Below are positions 53,501-61,419 of a stretch of DNA of 64,000 nucleotides, piece after piece. Each line of letters opens with the position of its first letter. Position 1 is the first letter of the stretch. Origin of the DNA: Podarcis vaucheri. Lineage: Eukaryota. Location: NCBI GenBank assembly GCA_965113315.1, contig OZ220363.1, one strand, 5' to 3'. A program made the translations under genes and the position numbers. The notes below the pieces were generated by a model. That model saw only the letters and a list, made by a program, of their open reading frames with translations. It was not told the origin of the DNA and did no database searches.

Positions 53501-56500
53501 CATTGAGGGGCAGAATTTCAATATAAGTAGGAAAATGAGAGCACCCCTAAACATTTTTTTAGAAAAAAGCACTGGTTAAGGCTTTTAGCTATTTACAAAT
53601 CTGATCCAAAGCCTTTCTTACTTTTTTATCTCTAGAGGCTCCTAGGCATTTTTATGTGAGCTTCTCTAAAGTAGAAACAGAAACAGAGGACAGAAAAGTA
53701 AGAAAGGCTTTGGATCAAATTGTAAATAGCATGCCACGAGAAGATTATTGTTCAAGGAAAACAGCTGAAAAATGTAAATGGAAGGTCCTGCAGTTTCACA
53801 AGCCATGTCAAATTAAAAAATAAGTGAATCTTAAATTAATATAGAAAGGCAATTTTTTGTTATTAGGGGAAATTTACAATGTGCTTTGAAAACAAGACTA
53901 CAACTTCTACTTTGTGCCACTTAAAAGAGAATGAACTGGGGGGGGGATCAAAGTGTCTCCTCAAGGGAAAGGATACTTATTGGACCTTTGTTCAATAGTA
54001 TAATTGGACAGAATCTGCATCTAAACACACACCGGCTTTCCCTAGTCATCCTCTAACCAAGACTGAATGTGTTCCAAAGGAGCCATTGCAAAGATATTTT
54101 TTTATTCATGGCACAGAGCTACAGAAGTCCCATTGGACAGCAGAATTTCCTGCATTGAATGAAGTATCACTAATGTACCCACTATCAGCTACCTGATATA
54201 ACTCTCTTTAACCACATTTCTCATAATTTAGAAATGTTTCTTCATAGAAGTTGAAATAGTCATATTTATATTAGAGAGTCCACTTTGAGTCTGAACTTTA
54301 GTAATAAGTTGCCCCATTATGATGCTGCAAACTGTGACAGCATCCTTAGTTATCTAATATACTAGTAGTGGAAATTCTCCCAGCCACATTCACTAGAATC
54401 CTTACATACCTGCTTTAAGTGCTTTTTCAATTCTAAAGATTCTGGTTCCGGCAAAACAGGTAATGACTCAGCATTTGTAGGAACAATCACCTGGAATAAA
54501 AAATTTATGGAGAAAATTGCATTTACAAAAACTCTTGGAGTGGACAATCTTTTATGACTTCTTGGAAACAAGACAGAAATAGGGGCAGGAACCTTGAAGT
54601 GGATCTAATTTTTCCTATTGCTTATGCATTATTGGCTGTGCTCTGAGATGAATTCAGAACTGTCAAGCAGATGATTTGGTTTTCTAATCTGTCAACAAAT
54701 TAAAATGTGACCTAATTATGTCACTTTGCTCCTTGGTAACAGTTGTTTTAGAAAACTTTTCTTTGCCCTTTCAATGGAATATTTTTTTAAGTGTCAAAAA
54801 CAATCACCATTTAATTATAATTTTAAATTGTTCTTTTAAATATTGTTTTAACATAAAAGCCCTATAAATATATTAAACCAATAAACATATTTCAATTTGT
54901 CTTGCACATCAAGAAACATTTAACAAAGGCTCTATGGGTGTGGCTATCCGAAATGTGTATTTGCTAAATTATAAATGTGTTTTTAAGCTGTCTTTTAGGG
55001 TCTTGCATGCCCAATGCGGCCTACATAACACAATATAAAATATATTAAAAATCAGTAATCAAACAGTTACAAAGGACAGTGACTTAAAAGCCTAACCAGA
55101 ACCATTTCAGTAGGTTATTACAAAACAACTTCAAGCAAATCTGCAATTTAAAAAACGAGCAGCTGTTAAAACCCTTTAATACATAAACAAACAAGGCAAC
55201 ATCTCTTTTGTGTTAATTAAGAGAAGGAGGTGGGATTAGGAAATAAAATCAAAACACCCACACAGTCCCCATCAAGATGAATTATATATAAATGCTGTTT
55301 TATGAATAGGAGTTACCTACCTTATTAGTATCCAGATCAACTAGCCATACATCATCTGGCATTTTAAAGTCTAGTTTGTAAAGAAAGAAGCTGGCTGGGA
55401 CTCCAATGAGATAGGGTGTTGGGGCCAGAAGCAGCTGTAGCAGGCAGAAAATATTAATAAGGAAAAAATCTGAATCCTTACAGCTTTTCTGCTAACAATC
55501 CACCCGCAATCACTAAAAGCAAACTACTGGAGAGATGACGACACTTAAAAGCATAAGCAAATGTTGCTACAAGAATTCATTAAACTTTAGGCTCAGTAAA
55601 TTACTGTGAAAACAATAGATGCTATAGCATTACTGAGGTAAAACAGGTGCACATCTGAATAGTAATCTGGATAGGAGACCACTGTGAACGTAAGAGCAAT
55701 ATATTCACATAAATAAGTATTTTTAAAAAGAATTTATCAAACACTGAGGACAGCAGAAGCTGAGAAAACATCTAAATTTGGGAAGGCCTCCTTGCACAGG
55801 TAGAAAATGAGCTTTTCATCAAAGGACCAGATTATAAATGGAAGAAAACTGGTGCTTGAAAAGGCAGCCTGTGGTAAAAATGGCAATCAAAATGATATTG
55901 TGTTTGGAACAGCACAAAAAAACTGCAGAGGAAATAAGTTTTGTGGAGACCAGCAAAAGAAAACATTTGACAAAATAGGCCTTGCTAAGAAATATGTCCT
56001 TTGCAAACATTCTACGTTCTTGTAAAAGGTAAAAGAATAAGCCTAAAGCTTTAACAGCAGCAAGTAATGTTGCTGGAAATTGTTTTCCCTGTTTTACAAT
56101 TATTGGCTCTTACAGGAACTACACTTCTAGAATCACAGGTTTCCTGCAGGAGTAACATGACCCTTCAATCTTCTAAAGTAACTGTGGACCAAATTGCCTA
56201 TATGGCATCAACAGCTTTGGAAAAAAATATACCATATAACCACAGATATAATATGGAACATCTCAAAGTAAAGTTTACTCTTTTCTACACTGTCTGCCAT
56301 TTCTATTCCTATCATTAAGCTTCACTGTAATTTGTAGGAACATCTCAGTAGTTGCCAGGCACATTAAAAAATATGCATTTTAATTTAGACAGGACAAAAC
56401 CCAGGAAGAATTCGACTATTCTCCTGATAAAAGATTTCAGCAGTGTCACAGCGGTACATCCTTCACTGAAACGATGGCATACCTGCTCTGCAGAAGCCAT

Positions 56501-59500
56501 ACAGGTAGGAAGGAGAGGAATCACTGGGAACATGTACTCCAGTGGGTAGATCATAGCCACAAATGCCATGACAGACATAGAGAGCGCATTATAGTCCCGG
56601 GACTGCAACACCACCTGCAACCAAGGAAACTCTTGTCAATACATCCACACAATTATTTTCTCATGATAATAAGCTCTTACTTAGGCTTCTTCCCATGGGC
56701 CTTCATGTGATAAGTATTCTAATACTGCAAAAAGTTTTCCCTAATCAAATACTATTTCATGCAGAAGCCTCAGAATCTTTATTGCTTCTGTTAATAGGAA
56801 ATTGAACATTGTGATAAAAACATACATTCGTCCTTTAACATGGTCTGTGTTAAGTTTCTGTTGAAATGTTGAGGAACAGACAATGCAGCCTCTCCGTCTG
56901 AAATGTCTACAAGTATATTGATACATGTCCCTCTCACCTTATGTTCCAGAAGAATGCAGGATAGCACCTGCAAACATGCATCCACACCTAAGAGCTCCAA
57001 GGGCAGGTGCAGGGGGAAATCCACCAGAGAGAAGCGGGATGGGTCAGGAAGGGCAAACGTCAAGGCTGGCTGCAATTCATGGGGTAAGACTTCCACATCC
57101 ACGCGCTTCTGGCCAGCAACAGGCACAGGTGAGCGAAGCAGCCGGTAAATCCACGCCTCAATTTCACGCAAATCATGTAGCAATGCACTGGATTTCTCCT
57201 CCACTAGAAGTGAACCTGTGAAAATCCGCCATATTGTGTCCCTGTGTAAAAGCAACAAGATTAACCCCAAACACATATACTTGGTAGTTCTACTGAGAAA
57301 CCTGCCAAAATACTCAGGCTATGTGAATTCTTCCGTAAGAAGTCAGACTAGGGGGTATACGCATGTCCTATTATTTTATTTTGTTAACAAAATGCATATA
57401 CCATTTGACTGTAGTATAACCTTTGAGCTATTGTACAACGCAGACCTAGGTGAAGAGAAGTATGGCAAAGCTTTAATTGCATCTTGTTGGAAGTATAAAA
57501 TTCCTTGCAATGTATGGATTTATCTTTGCACTTATGTCACTACTAGAGACTCTAGCCCTGCTCAGTTTGCTCGACAATCCCATCTACCCATGCTTGCCAA
57601 AGTCGCCCACTCTCTCCCTTACAGAGCTTTGGGCTGCCACACCCTGCAGTGGATGTCTCTCCACAGATTTCCGGACCTGCCAACCCACTGCTTCTTGTCA
57701 CACTATAAAACCACCTGTTGCCCACCAAGTAAACTGCAGAATGATGACATTCTTACATTTATATTGTATTGTATTGTATTGTATTGTATTGTATTGTATT
57801 GTATTGTATTGTATTGTATTGTAAGATAAGAAAGCAATCAAACTCCAAATAAATCAGATGCTTCTTTGACTCCGAAAAGGTACCCCAGGAATTGTTATTC
57901 TGTTGTGCAAAACAGAAGAGTCAGGTTGATAGTCCCCAAAGATATTTAAAGCGTTTTATATAGCATATAATTCCTCCACTGTATCACACATATAGTCAAT
58001 CTATAATGTATATTTTTAGAAGGCTCTAGCAGTTTTAACAGCATAAAACGAGGGGTGTAGAGTTACCGAGAACAGAAATTGTTTTTTTAAAAAGGAATCA
58101 CAAATTCGCTTTCCTGTGTAGTTTCATATTAGAATGCTACAACTACATGTACCTAGTTCTCTTTTTATGATGTATTTGTACACAGAACATGAGACAAAGC
58201 AACAATGCTCCCGGCAGAGCCTACCAAACTAACTAAAGCTGATCCAACCATGCAGATATAAGAGCCGGGGAAGTAGTCACTTTCAAAACCACAAAGTAAC
58301 TAGAACATAGGGAACAACTACAAAACTGAGCTGATTACAGACATTATTGGTTCAACTTAAGGCACAAATGCAAACTGGGAACTTGGCCCACTAAGAGGTA
58401 TATGACATCCTAGGCTGGCTAAAATATGTAAGCACATAGTACATATCTTCTGCAACGGGTGTCAAGTTCTGGCACACTATCAGAAGTAAGGAAAGCAGTA
58501 CCACTAGGTAGGGTGTGTGTGTAAAAGGACAGTATGGTATGATACATTTATGCCTGCAGTGACTATTCCTTTGCACTAACTCTGTGGCCTGTGTACAGCC
58601 TGCAAGTCCTCTCATGTGCCTTATGAAAAAACAGTGATTCTGTGTCTACTCCCTTTTTCTTGGAAAATAAGCACGCTTCATCAAACCACAGCAGAAAATG
58701 AACTGCATCATCTAGATATGGTATTAAGAGGGACGTTTGCATCCCTTCATGTACCTCTGCACGCCTCGAGGGATCCCAAGCTTCTTGCCCAAGAGTCTCT
58801 CGCTGCAGCAGTCCACCAATTTCTTCAGGGTATACAGACATTCACGAAAAGTAGAGAAAAAGGGATAGTGACTAATGATGCAAAGTGAGGTCAGGGTGCT
58901 GTTACGAGAACGGTGGGTGCCTTTTGCAGAACGTTTACTACGAGGTGATCGAGTAACATCTGGCGCAGACTCTGTGCTCGGTGGTTGCAGAGAACCACCG
59001 CTCTCTGAACTCTCATTACCCCTCTCTTCTTGGGTAGTGGGTGTATCCCCAGACTTGGGTGCTTTCTGCCCATCTTGGGAACGATGTCTGCCACCGCCTT
59101 CTCCCTTCTCCTTGGGCACACGCTTTTGGAAAGAACGGTAGAAGTTGACGCATATCCCATAGCGAGTGAGACCAGAATCTTTATCAGTGAGTGTAAAGAC
59201 AAAAGAATTATCATCTCGCAGGCTCATCCGTTTCTGTCGCACACTTAAACATCCCTCTGGCTGGCAGAAGAACACTACATCAGGAGGAAGTGGAAAATCA
59301 GTGTGATCTTCTAATGGGTAGCAGCGCAGTAGTTCAGGTGTCTGTGCCACACTATCACTGCTTGGTTGCCTACAAGCAAAGCAAATGCAAAATTACTTGA
59401 TACTGAAACGCCACACTGGTTACACATTTGAACAGTGGAAATACGAGAGGGCCTATTTCTGTAAGTGGGAGCTGCAAGCACCACGACTCTGGGTTGCAAT

Positions 59501-60231
59501 GTAATTAGGGCAATGAATAGTAAGATCTGCATCAAGAACAAATGAAAGCAAATTTGTGCTTGGCGAGGCTCTGACAGGGTGGCCAAGGTACTCAACCCAA
59601 TCAAAAAGCAATGTGTGAAGGTAGGGCAGTAGCTGCGTGCACAGCTTGCTGGGTGGGAAAACTGACACCAAGAAGAAAGGACGTTGAGACTAGTGACAAA
59701 AGGAGGCCCCTGCCTTCACAAAGAGAGAAGTGGCAATTGTCAGAGGAGCTTGATAACATCTTCTAAAGTGGCAGGTATTGTCTGTGTGGTCTGTACACAC
59801 AGGTGGACATGTTTTCAAACATAGCACAACAGTGTTCTGTTTCCCTCTCCTCAATTAGCATTTCTATCTCTCTCTCTCTCTCTACACACACACACGCAAC
59901 CACAAACATACACCTGGCACTTGTGGCCATCCACTACCAAGTGCTGCATGAATGCACCACTGCCTCAGATGCCTCCAATGGATGTTCACTGGTAAAGCTG
60001 CAGGATGCCCTCCCCCATAGCTACTCCACCTCACTAGGCATCACTGGCCAAAACACAACTCCATGTATGAGGTGGCTAACCTGTGGGCTGCGTCTGGCCA
60101 CCTAAGGTTTTTTTGTTTATGAATATATATGTGACAAGGGTGTAAATTCCATCTAGGTTGCTACTGTACCTGGCCCCAATAATCACAAGGTAATCAAGTA
60201 AACGAGGACAGCTCCTCTTCTTCTGCACCAT
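2301..60231 (-). CDS. MADD: MADD (MAP kinase-activating death domain protein, DENN-domain Rab3/Rab27 GEF); spliced CDS span, 3' end outside window
   Basis: 34 exons with GT-AG ends and consistent phases join to 4887 nt. Translation runs from [21 protein letters not shown] to [16 protein letters not shown] and matches vertebrate MADD as I recall it. The last exon (AHEICYSVLCLF...) was not found in 1-2300. Confidence 0.98.
2479..2565 (-). mobile_element. CR1 LINE 3' end fragment
   Basis: agaattgtagagctggaagggacccaagggtcatctagtccaacccc is the reverse complement of the CR1 tail also seen at about 25970-26050. Confidence 0.7.
2993..3454. mobile_element. Tc1/mariner (Tigger/pogo-like) MITE
   Basis: Terminal inverted repeats CAGGCGTCC.../...GGACGCCTG flanked by TA on both sides. 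Confidence 0.75.
8138..8207 (-). CDS. MADD: MADD exon 34 (70 nt, known alternative; skipping shifts the frame)
   Basis: [24 protein letters not shown]|GTAATT; phase 0-1. Confidence 0.96.
8460..8468 (-). CDS. MADD: 9-nt microexon (ERK) between exons 33 and 34
   Basis: ctaac branch point, tctttcgtttctcttccatgctttctcctcctgcaag|GAGCGGAAG|GTACTC; phase 0-0. Confidence 0.75.
10022..10151. mobile_element. Short hAT-like MITE
   Basis: Termini catgggtgtagcca / tggctacgctcatg are inverted repeats; target-site duplication (TSD) degraded. Confidence 0.6.
10882..10932. repeat. Compound (TC)n(AC)n microsatellite; reads (UG)n(AG)n on the MADD pre-mRNA
   Basis: Direct inspection. Confidence 0.95.
11195..11437. 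mobile_element. hAT-type non-autonomous element
   Basis: 8-bp TSD cagatgaa at 11187-11194 and 11438-11445; termini caagagcac / gcgcccctg; GC-rich interior. Confidence 0.7.
12087..12193 (-). CDS. MADD: MADD exon 33 (107 nt)
   Basis: [36 protein letters not shown]|GTAGGA; phase 1-0. Confidence 0.96.
12520..12821. mobile_element. hAT (Charlie-like) non-autonomous element
   Basis: 8-bp TSD ctataatg at 12512-12519 and 12822-12829; termini catgggtaggcaaac / gtttgctgacccctg. Confidence 0.85.
13550..13622 (-). CDS. MADD: MADD exon 32 (73 nt)
   Basis: [25 protein letters not shown]|GTAAGA; phase 0-1. Confidence 0.96.
14627..14791 (-). CDS. MADD: MADD exon 31 (165 nt)
   Basis: [34 protein letters not shown]...NKFYTKK|GTACAT; phase 0-0. 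Confidence 0.96.
14878..14985 (-). CDS. MADD: MADD exon 30 (108 nt)
   Basis: [36 protein letters not shown]|GTAGAG; followed by an 86-nt intron. Confidence 0.96.
16718..16828 (-). CDS. MADD: MADD exon 29 (111 nt)
   Basis: [37 protein letters not shown]|GTAAGT; phase 0-0. Confidence 0.96.
17190..17295 (-). CDS. MADD: MADD exon 28 (106 nt, death-domain region)
   Basis: [35 protein letters not shown]|GTGCCA; phase 2-0. Confidence 0.96.
17933..18053 (-). CDS. MADD: MADD exon 27 (121 nt)
   Basis: [41 protein letters not shown]|GTAAAT; phase 1-2. Confidence 0.96.
18155..18193. repeat. (CAT)13 microsatellite
   Basis: Direct inspection; explains the spurious poly-His and poly-Asp ORFs. Confidence 0.95.
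18489..18551 (-). CDS. MADD: MADD exon 26 (63 nt, known alternative cassette)
   Basis: [22 protein letters not shown]|GTAATA; phase 1-1; tgctgcttgc upstream of an AAG acceptor. Confidence 0.94.
19090..19258. mobile_element. Tc1/mariner-like MITE fragment (right end)
   Basis: Repeated cgtcttatacac subterminal motif and an end aaaaatgtgg-TA resembling the terminus at 40840; left boundary approximate. Confidence 0.5.
19515..19623 (-). CDS. MADD: MADD exon 25 (109 nt)
   Basis: [12 protein letters not shown]...[10 protein letters not shown]|GTACGT; phase 0-1. Confidence 0.95.
20103..20261 (-). CDS. MADD: MADD exon 24 (159 nt)
   Basis: [22 protein letters not shown]...[10 protein letters not shown]|GTAAGA; phase 0-0. 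Confidence 0.96.
20981..21064 (-). CDS. MADD: MADD exon 23 (84 nt; 72 nt with the internal donor, ending at 20993)
   Basis: [24 protein letters not shown]|GTTAGC or +VSTV|GTAGGG; phase 0-0. Confidence 0.93.
21398..21498 (-). CDS. MADD: MADD exon 22 (101 nt)
   Basis: [33 protein letters not shown]|GTGAGT; phase 1-0. Confidence 0.94.
21700..21735 (-). CDS. MADD: Candidate 36-nt cassette exon ([13 protein letters not shown]) between exons 21 and 22
   Basis: ctttgtctctttcccccttttcctttctccag|TGGGT...TTCTCAG|GTGCAT; phase 1-1, open. Confidence 0.5.
23089..23430 (+). mobile_element. Sauria SINE, slightly 5'-truncated
   Basis: tRNA-like B box ggttcgaatcc, (ACCTTT)n tail, 13-bp TSD ttatgaaaacact at 23076-23088 and 23431-23443. 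Confidence 0.9.
24589..24828. mobile_element. Tc1/mariner-like MITE with two right termini in tandem
   Basis: Left tagtggacattggggttgcg; right ends aggtatgactg (24796) and cccgaggtaccactg-TA (24828); shares sequence with the MITE at 62731. Confidence 0.75.
24931..25295 (+). mobile_element. Full-length Sauria SINE
   Basis: gggacgcgggtggcgctgtgg head with A and B boxes, (ACCTTT)3 tail, 14-bp TSD tataggataaacta at 24915-24928 and 25296-25309. Confidence 0.92.
25598..26052 (+). mobile_element. CR1 LINE, 5'-truncated 3' end
   Basis: [23 protein letters not shown]...[13 protein letters not shown] is a typical CR1 ORF2 C-terminus; ends in attctatga. Confidence 0.88.
26746..26799 (-). CDS. MADD: MADD exon 21 (54 nt, known alternative cassette)
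   Basis: [19 protein letters not shown]|GTAAGA; phase 1-1; ttgcatc just upstream of the acceptor. Confidence 0.94.
   Translation of the reverse strand, partial: NCGTSTTKCQSKKLWKN
27575..27683 (+). mobile_element. L2-type LINE/SINE 3' tail
   Basis: gaaagccacccagagtggctggggaagcccagc...aaataaat followed by (TTA/TCA)n; the same tail occurs inverted at 37242-37330. Confidence 0.6.
28926..29132 (-). CDS. MADD: MADD exon 20 (207 nt)
   Basis: [12 protein letters not shown]...[13 protein letters not shown]|GTGTGT; phase 1-1. Confidence 0.95.
29531..29810 (+). mobile_element. Older, truncated Sauria SINE
   Basis: gtgcaagtagataaataggtaccgct core shared with the other two copies; degraded tail cctttatcttta. 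Confidence 0.8.
30903..31053 (-). CDS. MADD: MADD exon 19 (151 nt)
   Basis: [25 protein letters not shown]...[10 protein letters not shown]|GTAAGA; phase 0-1. Confidence 0.96.
31480..32600 (+). mobile_element. Decayed L2-clade LINE (reverse transcriptase fragment)
   Basis: [15 protein letters not shown] and [11 protein letters not shown] (RT YADD motif) remnants; boundaries approximate. Confidence 0.7.
32672..32858 (-). CDS. MADD: MADD exon 18 (187 nt)
   Basis: [21 protein letters not shown]...RQDVVQDV|GTCAGT; phase 2-0. Confidence 0.96.
33735..33837 (-). CDS. MADD: MADD exon 17 (103 nt)
   Basis: [36 protein letters not shown]|GTAAAA; phase 1-2. Confidence 0.96.
34281..34340 (-). CDS. MADD: MADD exon 16 (60 nt, known alternative cassette)
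   Basis: [21 protein letters not shown]|GTGGGT; phase 1-1. Confidence 0.94.
35503..35536. repeat. (AC)n microsatellite; (UG)n on the pre-mRNA
   Basis: Direct inspection; about 105 nt downstream of the 39-nt candidate exon. Confidence 0.95.
35642..35680 (-). CDS. MADD: Candidate 39-nt cassette exon ([13 protein letters not shown]) between exons 15 and 16
   Basis: Long pyrimidine tract ...ccattttcatcggtaaag|ATTAC...GATGAAG|GTTGGT; phase 1-1, open. Confidence 0.65.
36547..36648 (-). CDS. MADD: MADD exon 15 (102 nt)
   Basis: [20 protein letters not shown]...TPFPSLK G|GTAATC; phase 1-1. Confidence 0.95.
37242..37470 (-). mobile_element. L2-type LINE 3' end with (AAC)n tail
   Basis: (AAC)n followed by tttataccccacccatctagctgggcttccccagccactctgggcag; translates in part to [22 protein letters not shown]. 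Confidence 0.7.
39880..41113. mobile_element. hAT-like AT-rich element inside the L2, itself interrupted
   Basis: Termini agggat... / ...atacccta-like; AT-rich body continues across the MITE at 40037-40840. Confidence 0.5.
40037..40840. mobile_element. Tc1/mariner-type MITE with internal direct and inverted repeats
   Basis: Inverted termini CCGTATTTTT / AAAAATACGG, TA on both sides. Confidence 0.85.
42122..42261 (-). CDS. MADD: MADD exon 14 (140 nt)
   Basis: [22 protein letters not shown]...[10 protein letters not shown]|GTATGT; phase 2-1. Confidence 0.95.
42632..42890 (-). mobile_element. L2-type LINE/SINE 3' end
   Basis: (TAA)n tail then tttatttatatcccaccctccccagccgaagctgggctcagggcggct. 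Confidence 0.6.
43188..43468 (-). CDS. MADD: MADD exon 13 (long form, 281 nt)
   Basis: [11 protein letters not shown]...[13 protein letters not shown]...NLNGN CG|GTGAGA; phase 0-2. Confidence 0.93.
44662..44855 (-). CDS. MADD: MADD exon 12 (194 nt)
   Basis: [17 protein letters not shown]...[13 protein letters not shown]|GTGTGT; phase 1-0. Confidence 0.93.
46429..46532 (-). CDS. MADD: MADD exon 11 (104 nt)
   Basis: [35 protein letters not shown]|GTGAGT; phase 2-1. Confidence 0.95.
47157..47313 (-). CDS. MADD: MADD exon 10 (157 nt)
   Basis: [17 protein letters not shown]...DSEPTDD AG|GTTAGT; phase 1-2. Confidence 0.96.
47952..48187 (-). CDS. MADD: MADD exon 9 (236 nt, dDENN)
   Basis: [16 protein letters not shown]...[10 protein letters not shown]|GTAAGT; phase 2-1. 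Confidence 0.96.
49740..49918 (-). CDS. MADD: MADD exon 8 (179 nt)
   Basis: [20 protein letters not shown]...[11 protein letters not shown]|GTGAGT; phase 0-2. Confidence 0.96.
50080..50085 (-). CDS. MADD: Candidate 6-nt microexon (PK; 9-nt QPK with the upstream AG) in MADD intron 7
   Basis: cctctctttttctctgcttggagcag|CCAAAG|GTTAGT; phase 0-0. Confidence 0.6.
51091..51172 (+). mobile_element. Sauria SINE 3' fragment
   Basis: cccatagttgcctttgactggacttaac...ccaggggtcctttacctta matches 29760-29810. Confidence 0.75.
51344..51400 (-). CDS. MADD: Candidate 57-nt cassette exon ([19 protein letters not shown]) in MADD intron 7
   Basis: cttccatcttgcctccag|TGT...AAAAAG|GTGTCT; 19 open codons, phase 0-0; weak donor. 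Confidence 0.65.
52108..52116 (-). CDS. MADD: Candidate 9-nt microexon (YLK) in MADD intron 7
   Basis: Long pyrimidine tract, then ttgcatgctgcatgcag|TATTTAAAG|GTAAAG; phase 0-0, in frame. Confidence 0.6.
53431..53574. mobile_element. 144-bp hAT MITE
   Basis: Inverted termini CAGTGCTTTTTTC / GAAAAAAGCACTG; perfect 8-bp TSD gttaaggc at 53423-53430 and 53575-53582. Confidence 0.9.
53588..53730. repeat. Inverted repeat, about 37-bp arms with a 68-nt spacer
   Basis: gctatttacaaatctgatccaaagcctttcttactttt versus aaaagtaagaaaggctttggatcaaattgtaaatagc. Confidence 0.9.
54410..54490 (-). CDS. MADD: MADD exon 7 (81 nt)
   Basis: [27 protein letters not shown]|GTATGT; phase 0-0. Confidence 0.96.
55321..55434 (-). 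CDS. MADD: MADD exon 6 (114 nt)
   Basis: [38 protein letters not shown]|GTAGGT; phase 0-0. Confidence 0.96.
56483..56614 (-). CDS. MADD: MADD exon 5 (132 nt, cDENN)
   Basis: [18 protein letters not shown]...TCMASAEQ|GTATGC; phase 0-0. Confidence 0.96.
56938..57241 (-). CDS. MADD: MADD exon 4 (304 nt)
   Basis: [16 protein letters not shown]...CILLEHK|GTGAGA; phase 2-0. Confidence 0.96.
57762..57821. repeat. (TATTG)12 pentanucleotide microsatellite
   Basis: Direct inspection. Confidence 0.95.
58755..59369 (-). CDS. MADD: MADD exon 3 (615 nt, uDENN)
   Basis: ttgtag|[23 protein letters not shown]...[12 protein letters not shown]|GTACAT; phase 2-2. Confidence 0.96.
60170..60231 (-). CDS. MADD: MADD exon 2, coding part (62 nt), start codon
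   Basis: ACA-ATG-G strong Kozak; [21 protein letters not shown]; donor AG|GTACAG. Confidence 0.95.
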
Positions 60232-60342
60232 TGTCTTTCCTCCTTCACTATGTCATCTCAGTAAATTCTTCCCTCATTGGACCAGCTGGTTTCTGATAGC
60301 TGCCTCAGAAAACAGAATGCTCATGGAAATTGCGACATCAAC
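60232..60342 (-). other. MADD: Probable 5'UTR part of MADD exon 2
   Basis: Acceptor tcttttgttgtag at 60343-60344; an alternative acceptor ttctgttttctgag near 60304 is also possible. Confidence 0.55.
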
Positions 60343-60497
60343 CTACAACAAAAGATATTCAATTCAAGGTCAGACTCACATTCATCAATAACAATGCTCT
60401 GATCAGCACTTTCAGTATAAGCAGCATATTTGTCACAGGACAGGCTGTTCAAGCAAAATATCCACACTTCCATGTCTTAGTATGAAATATACTTGTG

Positions 60498-60738
60498 CCG
60501 ATAATTTTTTATTAATATTACATATATATGCATATAAACATATACAAAATCCATTACATAACTTGCCCATTTTATATCCACTCCACAAATCATAGGTATA
60601 ATACAAAGTTTTTACAAATCATACGTATAATATAAAGTTATTTTAGGCTCAGCCGAGCCTTGAACTTCCTTCCACTCCTTTGGTAAGTATCAAATAAGTT
60701 TTACAGTCACGTATTTTATCTCTTTTACCTAATAATCA
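60498..60738 (-). mobile_element. 241-bp insertion with 22-bp direct repeats, probably a truncated non-LTR retroelement 3' end
   Basis: cttagtatgaaatatacttgtg at 60476-60497 and 60739-60760; AATAAA and an A-rich end on the minus strand. Confidence 0.65.
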
Positions 60739-61419
60739 CTTAGTATGAAATATACTTGTGAAGGGTAAACAACAGGGAAGACTTGTTCACATAAGACAGC
60801 CTCCGTGAAATCACTTCAAAAGATTTGGGGTCACTTGCTAGAACCACAGCTGGGCAAGGCTTGCACAGGAAATGGGGTTTTGTGAACTAACACCAATACA
60901 TGAATGATGTAGATACAGCTGTCCCAATTTCCATTGCATTGTGACTGGCACCATGTGCTACTAACATAATAGCAGTTGCCTTCACACAACTTAGAATTAA
61001 CTTGCAGAGTCCACTATCTCTGGATGGGACTCTGATTGGTAGTTTAAATGGATCTGGGTTTGGCGGGAGAGTTTATCATAAATTAATGAGGATGGTTATA
61101 TCTGAAACTCTGCTTTTCTCTTACACAAATTAGATCCAATTATTCACTATGTTCAAATTAGGACCTTAAAAACAGGAATTGGTCTAAAGCACAAATTACT
61201 TTAACTATACTTCTGCCCTTGAGTACAGGGTTTCCCTCAAATTGCCACTGTGAGGGGACTTAACCTGGGTTGGGATCTTAGTAGGGGGGGGGGCTTTAAG
61301 ACTTTGCCTCCTGCTATTATCCTGGTCCATATTAGGCCCCATGAGACCATTTTTTGCGATGCAAATTTCAAGTGTGGGCTATCCCAGCTATCTGCCTACA
61401 TTGCTAGGATAACAACCTT

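Noticed and set aside
57218-57829. 203-aa plus-strand ORF ending in LYCIV repeats
   Set aside because: Intronic, no recognisable protein; the tail comes from the (TATTG)n microsatellite.
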